NCBI RefSeq assembly: GCF_001194135.2
Contig: NC_068989.1
Span: forward strand, 93,967,345 to 94,031,344
Direction of reading: 5' to 3'
Source: Octopus bimaculoides
Lineage: Eukaryota
DNA length: 64,000 bases
Below the pieces are notes generated by a model, which did not search any database, was not told where the DNA came from, and saw nothing but the letters and a program-made list of their open reading frames with translations. The stretch's first letter is position 1. Every line of letters starts with the position of its first letter. Shown here piece by piece: positions 51,039 to 64,000 of this stretch. The translations under genes were made by a program, and so were the position numbers.

Positions 51039-54000
51039 CACTAAGACACACACACACATACATACACATCCTTATGATATTAAGCATACCATATTCAGTC
51101 GGTGACGATAAGTAAGAACGGCCTTGGCGTGTGTTATTGATAGCATTCTTAGTAGTTACAGATGTAGATGGAAAACAACATATTCATTCGTTGATCTATT
51201 ACATTATTCATTTTGTTACTGTTCTTTGTTTTTAATTAGAAAGCTGTAAAATTGTGAGAAAACTCAGTATCACTTTATAATTAGACTGGTGTTAGTGACA
51301 TGGTATGTGTTTATAATGAAAGATGCAATTTTATAGAATAGTAATGACATTTGGAAAATATCTGGTATCGACTGCAAAAATTACATTCTTCATTGTGTTA
51401 TATAACAATACACTGCTATACCTCACATAGTCATGAAGCAGGAAATTAGTATTTGCATCACATATGTAACAGTAGAAAGGATAGATGTGATTATATTTTC
51501 ATTATACGCTAGCATAATATGATGGTTGAAAGCAACAATAATTATCTGCTGTGTATATTATGATATGCCACGAGAATCTTCCAGCAACAGCAGTATGTTA
51601 GATTTTGAGTAAGCTGTGTAAATATAATAATTGTACGACAGACAGTTATTAATGATAATGAAGCTAGCTATCAGAATAGGACGCGTTTCACATGAAACTA
51701 TTTAATGTATAATATAGCAATATATGATACATATGTACGAAACATATCCAATTGTGAATGAATGTTTAATATCATTAAAGGGTATAGGTTGCAGAAGAAG
51801 TCTGAAACTCATAATTAATGGTCATATAATACACGAAGTGGAATAAGCGCTTAAATGATACCTACCAACTACTGCCTTCCTTATCCTCACCTAGAACACT
51901 AATAGATTACTGTTTTTCTCTTATTAGTAATGACGTGATCTACTGCTTCTTAATCGATGAAACTTCCCAGTAGAATCAAGTTTATATCAGTGAATATCGT
52001 TCTAGTAATTTCTTCCTATCTCGCTGTACCATTATGGCATAAATGTAAACGTTGTCGTTCTAGAATTGACCATCGATGTGCTACAGTTACCTGGTGTCAC
52101 ATATTTTGTAGACTGGGTGAACGACAAATACCAAATGTGTATACTTGACAATAAAACACATTTTATGTCATGAAATTGAAGGGAAGTGTAAAGTTTTAGG
52201 CAGATCTCATAATCGAAGAGGAAAACAATTCCTTCCACGCATAAGAAAGAGCACTGCCTGTGTTTCTCTTCAGGAACTCTGTGAAGAGTACACGAAATAG
52301 AAGAGGTTGATCGATTCTAACAGAGCGGAGACGTAGTCTTAGCGTTACTACACCATTGAAGGGAAACATAGCTGCAATTAAAACCGAATGACTCTATAAA
52401 TCTGCCACGGAACTTTGTTCCTTCAATTTTGTAGAAGTTAAAATGTTATAATAGAAAGCATAAATAATAGCAAAGTATAAATTTGTATTCGTGATCTCAT
52501 TAAAATTGTTATCGTTTTATTTTTATTTTTTTTTTGTGTTAATCATCATTCACCTTGGATGCGCAAATGTATATTCGCATTTTCTGAGTACAGCCAGTCA
52601 ATTAACGATAATCTTCCTCTAGAGTTTTCATGCGAAAATATACCATATTCAAGTGATATAGTTATTTACCAAAGGTTTCTTCTCAGACCATTTCTGAGTG
52701 TGATTGGCTACTTTTTTGTTGTTATTCTCCATCTCAATTCGTAACAAGTGGAAGGTTGGACTGAAGCAAACCAAACCAAAGGACTTCTATATGTCTATCC
52801 ACTAAGAGAACAACCCTGGTCAGTACATATTTGTCTACTGCAAGTGTCGCATCGAAACGCAACCGACTTTCTCTGGTTGGTGTTGGTCATTCCACCTTTA
52901 AAATGACACCTCAAGATATTTTGTTTCAGAGCTGCTAGCTACTGGCATTAGCGTATAGCTTTCTTTCCTCTCTCTTTGAGGGCAATTTTGACAATTGAAT
53001 TATTTTGCATATGACAATGAGTCGATCACGTTACTCTTGGTGAGAATGGATGAAGGTGAGAAACGGGAATCATTATGGCAGGAAGTTAACGAAAACGGAG
53101 GAAAGATGCCTTCTACAAAAGTGCTAATGACCGACATGAAAGGGTACTTCTATGTCACCATCCCAGTTAAATTACAAGTGCAAACCACGCTGCCGTTGAC
53201 ATTAGTTTCTTTTCTGATTTGGTTCGTGTTTCTATTCTACCCATTTCTGGTGACAATGAAACAAAATCCATTAGTTAATGAATAGCTCCAAACTATAGGA
53301 ATTTTAGTAGCGATAACCTATCAGATTTCATGACTTACTTCTATTTACTAAAACATTATAATATATTATTATACTGAATCTACTTAATGCTGGTAGTTTG
53401 TTTCTTTCTTAAGCATCATTGGTGTTTATCACATTCGCAACAAAGGAATTCGAAAGTAATTTTCAGTCATATATAGAGTCGCTCCGAAAGACTATAATGA
53501 TTTTGTATAAATTTATCTCGTTGTAAAAGCATAAACTAGAATTAAAGGGAATATACACTGTCCACGTCTGTTAAAAATCAGTTTGTATAATGCACATAAT
53601 ATTTTGTGCACGGGGAGAGAATGTAATTCTAGCATTATTCAATTTATAATTATATTTTCATTGTACATCCTAACTCTATATTCTTACTAAAGCGTCATGT
53701 TTTGTAATTGCTAACAGAAATAAACATAATAGACTTAACAGATGCTGTCAAATAAACTGAAGAATGGTCTTTTATGAAGTAAAACAGAATCATCTTTTGC
53801 AGGAGACCATCTTTGTCTAAATAATTCCCCTGATTCAATGATTTTTTTCTGTTCATATCGATATTTGAGAGAAAATTGTTACGAATGACCTTATGGAAAT
53901 TGTTTGGTTTTCAATCTCAGAGATTCAAGAATAGCAAACGATTGTCATTCGGTTACTGGCAGTTAATAAATTCCCAAATAAATCAAGGTAAAATGTATAA

Positions 54001-54709
54001 TATCATGCAATAAAATATATTTCGAAATTGAATTAGGCAACAGACCAAACATAATCATATTTTACGAGAGGAGAATATGAATAAAAAATTCGTGAATAAT
54101 ATGTCGTCCGAAACAAAAATATCTATCAAAAGAAGGCGAAAGTAAAGCGAAATAATTTGCAAGACATACATCGTTGCCAGATCACATAGACCTCAAACCA
54201 GAATACAAAAGATACTTAATATAACTGGAAAAGAACGTCACAGAAATAAACACTCCTGAATTTTATGAGTCTTTAATTTTACACTTTATGTATCACAGCG
54301 TAAACTTTTATAATTTCTATTAGATACAGTCTGTCTAGCACAATTATACACTCTACACACACTCAAACAAATGTAAATATATATCATTCATGGAAAACAC
54401 GACTCTGTTCTAGTTTAATTTATTTTATCCAGTTATTTCTATTCTCCTAAGAAGTCCTTGGGGAATGTGCGGTACAGCAGCTTTCTAAAATTCTTCACCA
54501 TAGTTGTGTGGTTAAAAAGCTATAAAACCACGGGGTTTCGGCACCGCCATGAAGGCTTTTCGTTGAAAAAACAGGCTCTAGGACTTAATATTTTCAAGAA
54601 ATAATCTTGTAAATAATCTATCGGCCTCTTTCACCAAACTATTAATTTAACGGGTACGTAGATAAACCAACCCTGATTCTGAAGTGACAAACACGAACAC
54701 ACACTTGTG

Positions 54710-54845
54710 TGTATGCGACTGGTTTCCGTCTTGCAAATTAACTTACAAGATATTGATCGGCCCCGAACTATAGTGTCAGACACTTACCGGATGTGCAGCG
54801 CAAGTGGACCCGAAACCATGTGACTGGAATTGGAATTTCTTATCC
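54710..54845 (-). mobile_element. SINE family B (diverged)
   Basis: GGTTTCCGTC..CTATAG..AGACACTT..CCCGAAACCATGTG pattern as at 8168 and 60552. Confidence 0.6.
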
Positions 54846-55419
54846 CTAAATTCATACCCATAATCACATCTGTAACGGTTAACAATTTGCTTCATCGAAC
54901 TGGCTTCTTGGGTGGTATGGGTAGGTTTTTGCTTTTGATAAAATAAAATAATAATAATAATCCTTCTTTTAATGTCGATGTTTTCCGTTCTACATTATGT
55001 CGTAGGATATGGTTTCATGTCATAGATCTTGTCTTCAGTCTTCTGACATTATCGATAACGTTTTTATATAATATATAACTACAATGAATTTTATTCAAGA
55101 AATGCATTTAGTTCATTTCTATAGATTTAGAATGACATTCACTTATTGCATTGAATTTGTATTTATATTGCTCTAGAGATCACTTTATTTGTCTATATAA
55201 ATACTATTAATTGGCGAATGCGCGTTTTATTCCGTAGACTTTTAAGCTTGTACTTGCTTTAGAAGGCCGAGTGGCAATGCACTTATTGTCAGAGACATCA
55301 TCTCAGACATTTGATACCTGTGTAGAATATGACTACCTGTGTGTTTTTATCTTAAACGTAGACGAACATTTATATATCATACTTTATTTCAACATAAAAG
55401 CTGCGAGCAGACGGAATCA

Positions 55420-55600
55420 TTATCACATTGGACAAAAGCTTAGTGTTATTCGTTCCGGCTGTTTACATTCTGGGGTCAAATACGGCCAAAGGTAACGTTG
55501 ATGTCTTCCATACAGGGTTGATAAAATGAAGCACTGGAGTTGACATACGACTTTCCCCACTCCTCAAAATTGCTGCTTTGTGCCCGTATTACAAAGAAAG
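55420..55600 (+). mobile_element. Diverged SINE, family A
   Basis: TTACATTCTGGGGTCAAATACGGCC..AAATTGCTGCTTTGTGCC. Confidence 0.5.
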
Positions 55601-55672
55601 TCAACCTTCTGTATGTTTATGATATTACTGTTACAAATTATATTTGAGAGTCGGGGACATTTTATAGTAGTA

Positions 55673-56560
55673 CAGAGGCGTTCATGGAGATTCCAATAAA
55701 TCTTTCCAGAATTCCAAGTATGTCCAAGAAGATATGAAAATTAAGAGAGAGAAAGAGAGAGGGAAGAAAGAGAAGAGAGAGAGAGAGGTTCATTACGTCG
55801 ACGAAAAAATGACAAAAAATATAAATGCAGAGAGTGAATGTACACATAGGCGAAGTGTATATACGGTTTAGGAGGACTTTTAAACCGATCCACCTACGAG
55901 TGTTAGCATCATACGAATTAGACATCAGTTTGAATCAGATGGAACTGTTCAGAATGCCTTATAGAAATGTTCCGGAAGACTGCGAACATCGACGAGCCAC
56001 ACAAAGCAAGAAAGGGTACAAGAAAACGGATTGCCTGAGTTAAAAAGAAACCTGTGTAGCAAGTCGTGAGATGAGAATTTCAAAATCAAGCATCCATCGC
56101 ATTTTGAAGCGCCGTCACTAGAAAAGTTACATTGCAAAAATGGTCCATGAAGATGATTTAGATCAAAGAGAGGAGTTTTGCGAGAAGTACTTGCTTAAGA
56201 TGATGTGCAGAACAAAGTATTGAGTGGTGAGGCTAGATTTAAATCATACGGCTGAATTAACCGCCAAAATTGCACCTACTGTGGATTCGACCATCCGAAT
56301 ATTACGGAAGAAAATCTTAATATACCTGGAGTTCGTATATGGTGCAGATTATCATCAGAAGGACTAATGGGACCATTGAGTTGGGGGTGGGGGTAACTGG
56401 GCCCAATTATCTCATACAGCAAGCTGTTATTTAGTTATTCAAGTGGATTTTGAAAGTGTGGTTTTGTAATGGATCATCCACGCGCATATCCAGTTTGACA
56501 GGAGATGAACGTTGTATAGAATACACTTCATCAACAATCCACGAATTGAGGGCAGCCAAC
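55673..56560 (+). mobile_element. Tc1/mariner-superfamily transposase relic
   Basis: TA-CAGAGGCGTTCA TIR-like start; TDPPTSVSIIRIRHQFESDGTV..SGRLRT; ISKSSIHRILK; HEDDLDQREEFCE; NRQNC..NIPGVRIWCRLSSEGLMGP. Confidence 0.8.
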
Positions 56561-57817
56561 CATTGAATAAGAATGCTCACAAATAGGGANNNNNNNNNNC
56601 TGTGTGTGTAGGTGTCCGTGTGTCTCTGTGTGTGTAGGTGTCCGTGTGTGATGGTGTCAATAGGTGCTTGTGTAGGTGTGAATAGGTGTCTGTGTGTGAG
56701 TGAATATGAGCTGCTTGTATACTTCTGATCATGTGCTTCCCTATATCAGGTTATATAATAGACAAAATTATACACACATACTGCCTTGAATGGGTAGCTG
56801 AAAGCCGGGAATACATTCATAGATCGATATTTATTTTCTGTTGTTGATATAAATTATGCTCTTGGCGTATTCTCATTATTTCTTATAATATCCCGTGTAA
56901 AAACGAGCAGCGAAATAAAGTAAAGCTGTGTTATATTCACGTCTGAATAGATGAATACTTCAGAATAATGGGAAATGAAATGAATAACACGGGGAAAGAA
57001 CTAACTGAAGAGTTTTTACATTAAATACGATAAGATGCAGTCGGTAGAGCAACGTTCTCGAACAAAAACAAAAAGTGAAAATCGAATACATTGTTATTAT
57101 TCAGGAATTTTCCATAACGTTATTGAATATCGAATGACACCGAAATGTAATATATGGAAACGGAAGGAAAGTCTATACGTTGTTAGAATATACCTAGTAT
57201 TCTGCTTAAAGCAAGGATCTAATTATTATTTGGCACGTATAACCAGGCTGAGAGCAGTTAACACTATCGATATACATTGAGTTAAGAAATGCTATAAGAC
57301 CAGTGAAGTACCATAAAAAGTTCGTAAGACGTGTTCTTATTGTTAAGACCAAGATGTGTATAGCTGGAGAGAATTTATGCGTTGGTCATTATTGTCATAA
57401 AAAGGAAGCTCACTTTATAGCTATCTATTGCAACCGTTTTGAATATGGAGACAAAGGATCGGGAAACTAATTATGTATACAATAGAAATGAATGGAGACG
57501 ACAAACTTATATAGAAAAGGAAAAGAAATTATAACCTGATATCAATGTAGTGTAAGAATTAAATGAAATCTCCAAAGCATACATATTAGCAAAATGTCAA
57601 GTGATCCTAAAAGTATACGGATTGTTTTTGGTAATGGTCATTGTCATGGTTATAGAAATTGGTTGTCACTTGAAATAAACGGTACAATATAATACATTGC
57701 AGAACATTCTGAAATGAACTCTGTGTTAAGAGTACAAAAAGGCTAATACACATATAGTGTACGTGTGAGTAGATGTGTGTGTGTGTGTGTGTGTGTGTGT
57801 ATGCATGTATACAAGTG

Positions 57818-57892
<75 letters not shown>

Positions 57893-58323
57893 TTATAATG
57901 TATGTATGTATCTGTTTATGATGAACAGTCCATATACACATCGAACACTCACCATCAGTGTCATGAGATTTCATACGATCGAACTGTAGTCTTTTCACGA
58001 TTTTCATTACTCATTTCTGGGTCATTAAAATATTGGAAGAAAAAAAATACAACAATAGAACTATGTATGGCGTTGAAAAAACAGACTTGAAAGAACAGCT
58101 TATTTGATTTTCTTCCTTATATGTCAAGTTGGATAGCTGTCAATATTACAGAATTCCTCTCAGATTAATTAGGTTGTAATTTTGGCCATATTTGATATAT
58201 TTGCATCTCATATCATGTATACTCTGAGATTACAATATACACGGCGGAACTATGTGGAATTATCATAAATATACATACATACGCACATACATTCATATTC
58301 ATACATATGTGTGCGTATGTATG

Positions 58324-58406
<83 letters not shown>

Positions 58407-59639
58407 AGACTTGAAAGTATATTTATATATAGTCGTAAACTCGACATTGGATATGTTCTTTAATAATCTAAAGTTGAAATATAGAGAAAAAAAATTTTTT
58501 ATGTTTCACTTATGACCAAACACGATATAGCACATGGCTCTGAATTAACGTTGGTTAGTGACAATTGAGAAACAACAACTTACGATGAGATCAAAAAAAG
58601 CAACGGTTTGGTATAAATATGAAGGGTTTGTGGGTTATTATAACTAATAAAGCGATAGTACATTCATAGAAGATACAGAAGAAAGGAGGAGAAACAGGAT
58701 GAGAGTGAGTCGGAGAGAGAGAGAAAGTATAATATTCTGAAGTTTTCAAGTTTGTTTCTCAATTATAACACAATTTGTGTATTTCCTACGGAGAGGCGGA
58801 CACATATATATGTATATGTACATATACACCTATACACATACATATATCTGTGCGCGCGAGTATCCATATATAGTACATTCATACATATAAACACTATATG
58901 TGTGTTTTTGTGTGTGTATGTATGCATGTATGTATATCTAACCCAGTACAACTTGTTGCATGGCCGGGTCATCCGTGGCTAAACTAGCAACTCCATCAAG
59001 CTCGCTTGTTGAGGAGGGTGGTTGATGGAAACCCTTCAGGACAAGAAATAAGACCTGTCAAAGGGCAGAACAACTCGTGAGCAGTCAACAGGCATCCAAC
59101 AATATGTATATATGTATTTATGGGTTCGTATCAAGGCGCGTGGTTGGCTCTTGTCCACGCTCAGAGAGTGGGATTCGATTTGTGCAAGTAAAACAAATCA
59201 TCATGCATAGGCATCACTCGAAAAAATAAGAGCTATCATAAAAATGTATGCTCCTATCCTTTGCATGTGTAGGAGTTTCGATCAGGTGATGGCAATTACT
59301 CGAACACGAGATTGCAGCCATCATGTATGTATATAAGTATGTATGTATAGAGTAACACTCAAGCAATAATTATGTTCTCTGATGAGTTTGTATATGTTTG
59401 TGTAATCATAACTAACGGTTCAAAACCACGATAGTGCTCCAACATGACTGCTGATGTATGGCCAAAAGAACAAAAGAATAAAAGATATATATACTAGCAC
59501 CGTGCCGTAAAAAATGACGGTTAATTGTAGTAATTTAAATACAAATAACGTACAAGACCAAGATTTTTGCTTGACCTTGAACTCTGCTCGGCTCATTTCT
59601 GTTGTTTACAGTAGTGCTTGGAATGAAGATGTGTAGCGT

Positions 59640-59830
59640 GTGCCCCACCGCGATTGACAACCGGTGTTGGTCTGTTTACGGTTCGTAAAATAGCTGTTTG
59701 GAAAATTTAACTGATAGAATAAATACCAGGTTTAAAAGAAAGCAAGTACTGGGATCCATTTATTCGACTAAATGTTTTCAAAAGCGGTGCGCAAGCATGG
59801 ACGCAGACAGAAACAAATACAAAAAGATAA
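59640..59830 (+). mobile_element. SINE body and tail fragment
   Basis: GACAACCGGTGTTGGTCTGTTTAC..AAGTACTGGGAT..GCGGTGCGCAAGCATGG, similar to 62617-62785. Confidence 0.6.
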
Positions 59831-60488
59831 GAGATTGACCTATCTTCGAAAGACTTAATATTTTATATGAAATATATCTAATACTGAATTATTATAATTT
59901 CCACTACAACACGGCACGTAACATTATTTATTTATTTATTCATTTGTTTATTTATTTATTATAAGTTTTGTTTTATTATTAACGACATTGATGAAGTAAC
60001 ATATAACGGTGCTTTTAATCACTCGAACTAATTATCATCTGTTTTTCAACATTTCTAAATGAAACATTTTTATTTTAATTGTAATTCTCGAATTCTATTC
60101 TGCAATAATCAAAATAATCGATTATATTTAAATTAGTATGACTGGTATAATGGCTTTCAGACAACGCTTAAACTAATTGCAACTATATGTCATTACACTT
60201 ATAAGAAATTAATCGCTGGTTTGTGGAATGAATAATTAAAATGCATTTCCCTAAGAATTATAATTTATCTGTTGAATTATTATTCTTAAATTATTTATTT
60301 TATCGAAATTTTGTGCATTTTAATTACATCTAAACTTAACACCTCTAGATTCGTAGTGCCCCAAGAAGTATTTCTTTTTGTTTTACGTCGACAATTTCTT
60401 CTAATCTTTACTTTACAAAAGGATACACCGCTGCTTCGATAGAGCACAGAAAAAATGTAATGTGCGTGTGTGTGCGTGTGTGTGTGTT

Positions 60489-60543
<55 letters not shown>

Positions 60544-60551
60544 AGCCTTCA

Positions 60552-60697
60552 CGTTTCTGTCAACGACAGACACTCACAAGTTTTTGGTCGCCCTCGAAGA
60601 TAGAGTAAAAGACGGTCGGCCGAAGTGGCAGGCAGTGGGACTGAACCCGGAACCATGTTGCTGGGAAAGGAACTTCTTACTGTACAACCACACCTAT
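60552..60697 (-). mobile_element. tRNA-derived SINE, family B
   Basis: Minus strand CATGGTTCCGGGTTCAGTCCCACTG contains the B-box region. Confidence 0.75.
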
Positions 60698-61840
60698 TCA
60701 TTAAATATAATTTGAGTGCATATTATTCTTTTGATTAAGGAGCATACAGTTTTAGACTAATTTGATACTCGATATAGAATGTTTCTCTAAAAATAACATA
60801 CATCCTGTTAGTTTTCTGTATTGTCGAAATTTCCATAAATTGTTCTACTATAATAAAACATTTATAGTTCTATCTTTTTTAGTTTATAGTTTTCTATACA
60901 TATTTTTCCGTTAAGGACTTTGTAGAATGTAAAATTAGTGACGAATCTATATAATCGCATTTATTCATTTTATATATATCATAATTCGATGTATCTAGTT
61001 AGACTTCTATAATATATCCGAATATATATTTGCAGAGACATCTAGGATATATATATAAAGATTTATTCTATAATACAGTGGGATTTAACGAGGATTGTCA
61101 TCTTAATCTGGCAGCTATTTATATAGCTGCTGAAGAAGATACTTACCGATGATATGTAGCCACCAAATTAGATAGGAATCCATTATTGCACAGTGTTAAG
61201 GCATATCGTTTTGTCAGTATAATACTGTAAATGTGGAGAGAATAATATTGATTATTCATTCCCTAAGTCGATATATTTCATAGTAGATTATTATAAACTC
61301 GAAAAAGACTGATTTAAAGTTCTAATATAGGTTTCAAAATATATATATCTTAATAGGATTTACTTTTAGGAGAAGTTAATCAAATGAATACAATGCATTA
61401 AGAAATTGCTTCCAAATATAACATGCATATAGGATTTCATGGGTATATTAAATTATTATTATTATTATCGACGCAACCAAACATGCATTTTAACTTTGCA
61501 CATTAAGATTATCTAAAATATGCAATCTTACAAGTCGTTTGGTAATGTTCACAGTGTTTGCTCGTTACTATAGAGGTTTTATATATTCTGCAGAGTAGAT
61601 TTCAAAACCTTGTGTGATTTATGTTAAAGAGCATAGTGGAAACCACTCTGATGGATTTGGCAATAAATAGAAATAAATAGAAATAAATGATTTCATTAAA
61701 AAATGGCAAATTCGTTGAGTAGCGTGCTCTAGAGAGAGATGAATTCTAGATAATCCTCACGGTACTCTGGATTCTTTAATTAGATTCTTTAATTAAATCT
61801 AGCATAATGTTTTAGCACTTATATGATACGGCTAAGTGGA

Positions 61841-62192
61841 GGCGCAATGGCCCAGTGGTTAGGGCAGCGGACTCGCGGTCATAGGATCGCCGTTTCGATT
61901 CCCAGACCGGGCGTTGTGAGTGTTTATTGAGCGAAAACACCTAAAAGCTCCACGAGGCCCCGGCAGGGGATGGTGCCGAACCCTGCTGTACTCTTCCACC
62001 ACAACTTTCTCTCACTCTTACTTCCTGTTTCTGTTGTGCCTGTAATTCAAAGGGTCAGCCTTGTCACACTGTGTCACGCTGAATATCCCCGAGAACTACG
62101 TTAAGGGTACACGTGTCTGTGGAGTGCTCAGCCACTTGCACGTTAATTTCACAAGGAGGCTGTTCAGTTGATCGGATCAAGTGGAACCCTCG
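61841..62192 (+). mobile_element. Near-intact tRNA(Arg-like)-derived SINE, long family
   Basis: A box TGGCCCAGTGG, B box GTTTCGATTCC, TCG in the anticodon-like position and a full body matching 31492-31812. Confidence 0.9.
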
Positions 62193-62573
62193 CTACGAAT
62201 ATTCTGTACTCCAAATTTTATTTTATTTGCAGGCGGTCATTGATAACGCTTCTATCAAAGAAGAATTTTAGCATTTAACAATTTTTTAAATTCGATATTA
62301 ATTTGGAACAGACGACATCGAAGTATTAGATTTTATATTTAGAATAACATTGGAGATGTCTAGTTAAATTATACCGATGATTAGACAAGTTTCTCAATAT
62401 GCGGAGTAACCAGCATTTAGGAGATAATGGACATACGCTTCATATTTAACACAGACGTATAAAATTATTCAATGAGATTTCATTAGTTTTTTAACAGTAT
62501 TCCAATAACATATGCTTAAAAAAAGTAAAAGAGCAATGACCAATGTATAGATACATACATAATACATTCATAC

Positions 62574-62610
<37 letters not shown>

Positions 62611-62616
62611 TGTATG

Positions 62617-62785
62617 ACAACCGATGCTGGTGTGTTTATGTCCCCGTAACTTAGCGGTTTGGCAAAACAGACCGATATGATAAGTACTAGGCTTAGAAAG
62701 AATAAGTCCTGGGGTCGATTTATTTGACTAATTGCGGTGCCCCATCATGGCCGCAGTCAAATGACAAACAAATGAAAGAATAAAG
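62617..62785 (+). mobile_element. SINE body and tail after a (GT)n tract
   Basis: GACAACCGATGCTGGTGTGTTTATGTCCCCGTAACTTAGCGG..CATGGCCGCAGTCAAATGAC. Confidence 0.7.
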
Positions 62786-64000
62786 GTATATATAGATATA
62801 TACACACACACATACACACACACACACACACAAATATAGCAGCATATATATTGTGCATACATGTAAATAGGGGGTTATTTTCCTATTAACAATTCACTGT
62901 TAATCATTAGAGGCATTTACGTAATATAAATCAGCAAATTTCAACTAATTACATTAAAGTGAAAACACCGAAAACATCAAAACGTTATTTATAATAGAAA
63001 ATAGGGGTAAGAACTGATGATCGGTGAAAAGCTTGCATTTGCTGTGATTGCATTCAGACAAATGTGTGAGAAATACTACAATAAATGTATAATGAAAATA
63101 CACAACAAAATCAAACCTAAAAGGAAATGATTTGATGGTAGTAATATTTCTCAATTTGAACCCTAAACATCTGAAGATGATTTCCACCAGTAACTGAATT
63201 TTATCTAATGATGTCTTTAAAAACGGAAATGTTATTGTAATGTATCATGCTGTCCCCGCATAACAGTTAATAAATTGAAGGAAAATGACACAGTTATAGG
63301 TTGACAATAGAGACCAAACTCATATGATTGATTTTTATTTTCTGTCTCCACTGGCGTAAAGTCATATTTCGTATTACTCTAAAGTTATCGATATTTAGTT
63401 TCAAGTCTCCCATTCCTATTTCAGTAAGATATTCACAGATGATCCTCTCCCTCAAAGCAACACATTTCGATATTTTTCGTTCATTTACTGTCTCGATATC
63501 TAATTGAATTCCTCCATCATCTCACGTCGTGCATAATAGATATCTCTTTCAAATAGAGCTTTATTTAGGGTTATCGTATTGGGATTTGAGAAATCTCATT
63601 CAATGCGTTCAGCCGTGTACAGTGGATCACTTTCCAGACACAGTGTATCTAAGACAACATTCACCATCATATGTGGTCTGCTATAAAATTTAATAGTATG
63701 GGTTTTGAGGGAGAATTGGTTTTGATGAGAAATCCTGCAGAGGTTCCATAATGCTTCGTGTCCTCGTTGTGTGTGTGTGTGTGTGTGTGTGTGAATGAAT
63801 TTGTTACTTTAACTCCTCCAAGACTATCCAACAGACCTAGATGAAACTTGACACTTGTCAAGTTATGCCCATGCGGTCACTTTACGCACTTGAAATTTTA
63901 AAAACTCGATTTTTACTCAGCAAGTCTTTTTTCAAAATTCGTAAAATTTCGGCATTTTTCGCGCTAGCCATCGTAACATGAATTTGACGGAAAATTCCGA

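Larger units (their letters stand above)
6611..56599. other. Assembly gaps at 6611-6620, 19769-19894, 35166-35611, 36299-36308, 36652-37408, 50128-50793, 56590-56599
   Basis: N runs, mostly bordered by dinucleotide repeats. Confidence 0.99.
1..64000. repeat. Dense (TA)n, (CA/TG)n, (GA)n, (TAGA)n, (TACA)n and trinucleotide microsatellites throughout
   Basis: Examples: 4670-4740, 23345-23395, 57825-57885, 58330-58400. They produce the YIYI/HTHT/VCVC ORFs. Confidence 0.98.

Noticed and set aside
58960-59100. GGCCGGG-starting GC-rich repeat considered as an HDV-like ribozyme
   Set aside because: No P1 partner strand was found; probably a LINE 5' fragment.
5189-60715. Many ORFs rich in YI, HT, VC or X
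   Set aside because: They are translations of dinucleotide microsatellites and N gaps.
61841-61910. Possible tRNA-Arg gene
   Set aside because: There is no acceptor-stem pairing, and it continues into a SINE body repeated elsewhere.
63845-63864. AACTTGACA-CT-TGTCAAGTT quasi-palindrome at the window end
   Set aside because: It may be a transposon subterminal motif, but the partner end is outside the window.
1-64000. CRISPR arrays, rRNA, operons or prokaryotic systems
   Set aside because: No repeat-spacer arrays or prokaryotic gene density; the sequence is eukaryotic.

Overview
AT-rich, microsatellite-dense eukaryotic DNA with seven N-gaps. The tRNA-derived SINEs and overall repeat content resemble a coleoid cephalopod (Octopus-like) assembly; this is an inference from remembered repeat sequences, with no search run. 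No host gene could be named, and most ORFs in the supplied track are microsatellite or gap artefacts. Recognisable content is mostly mobile DNA: a full-length decayed mariner with TIRs and TA duplications, a second Tc1/mariner relic and a small deleted derivative, three Penelope-like (PLE) pieces, RLE-type non-LTR retrotransposons (R4/Dong-like 3' ends and a 2 kb Hero-like copy), a CR1/L2-type RT fragment, about 20 SINE copies, a Helentron-associated (HINE)-like element and two ~280 bp long-arm foldback MITEs. The most striking signal is a set of seven minimal type I hammerhead-ribozyme-like motifs from several sequence families. One has an intact catalytic core, a palindromic stem III and a large stem II insertion (40338-40445). 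Two sit inverted directly upstream of PLE ORFs. Weakly supported exon candidates point to an unnamed minus-strand gene ending at 9981 and a plus-strand start at 39948. An Illumina adapter remnant borders one gap. All coordinates and pairings were read by eye.
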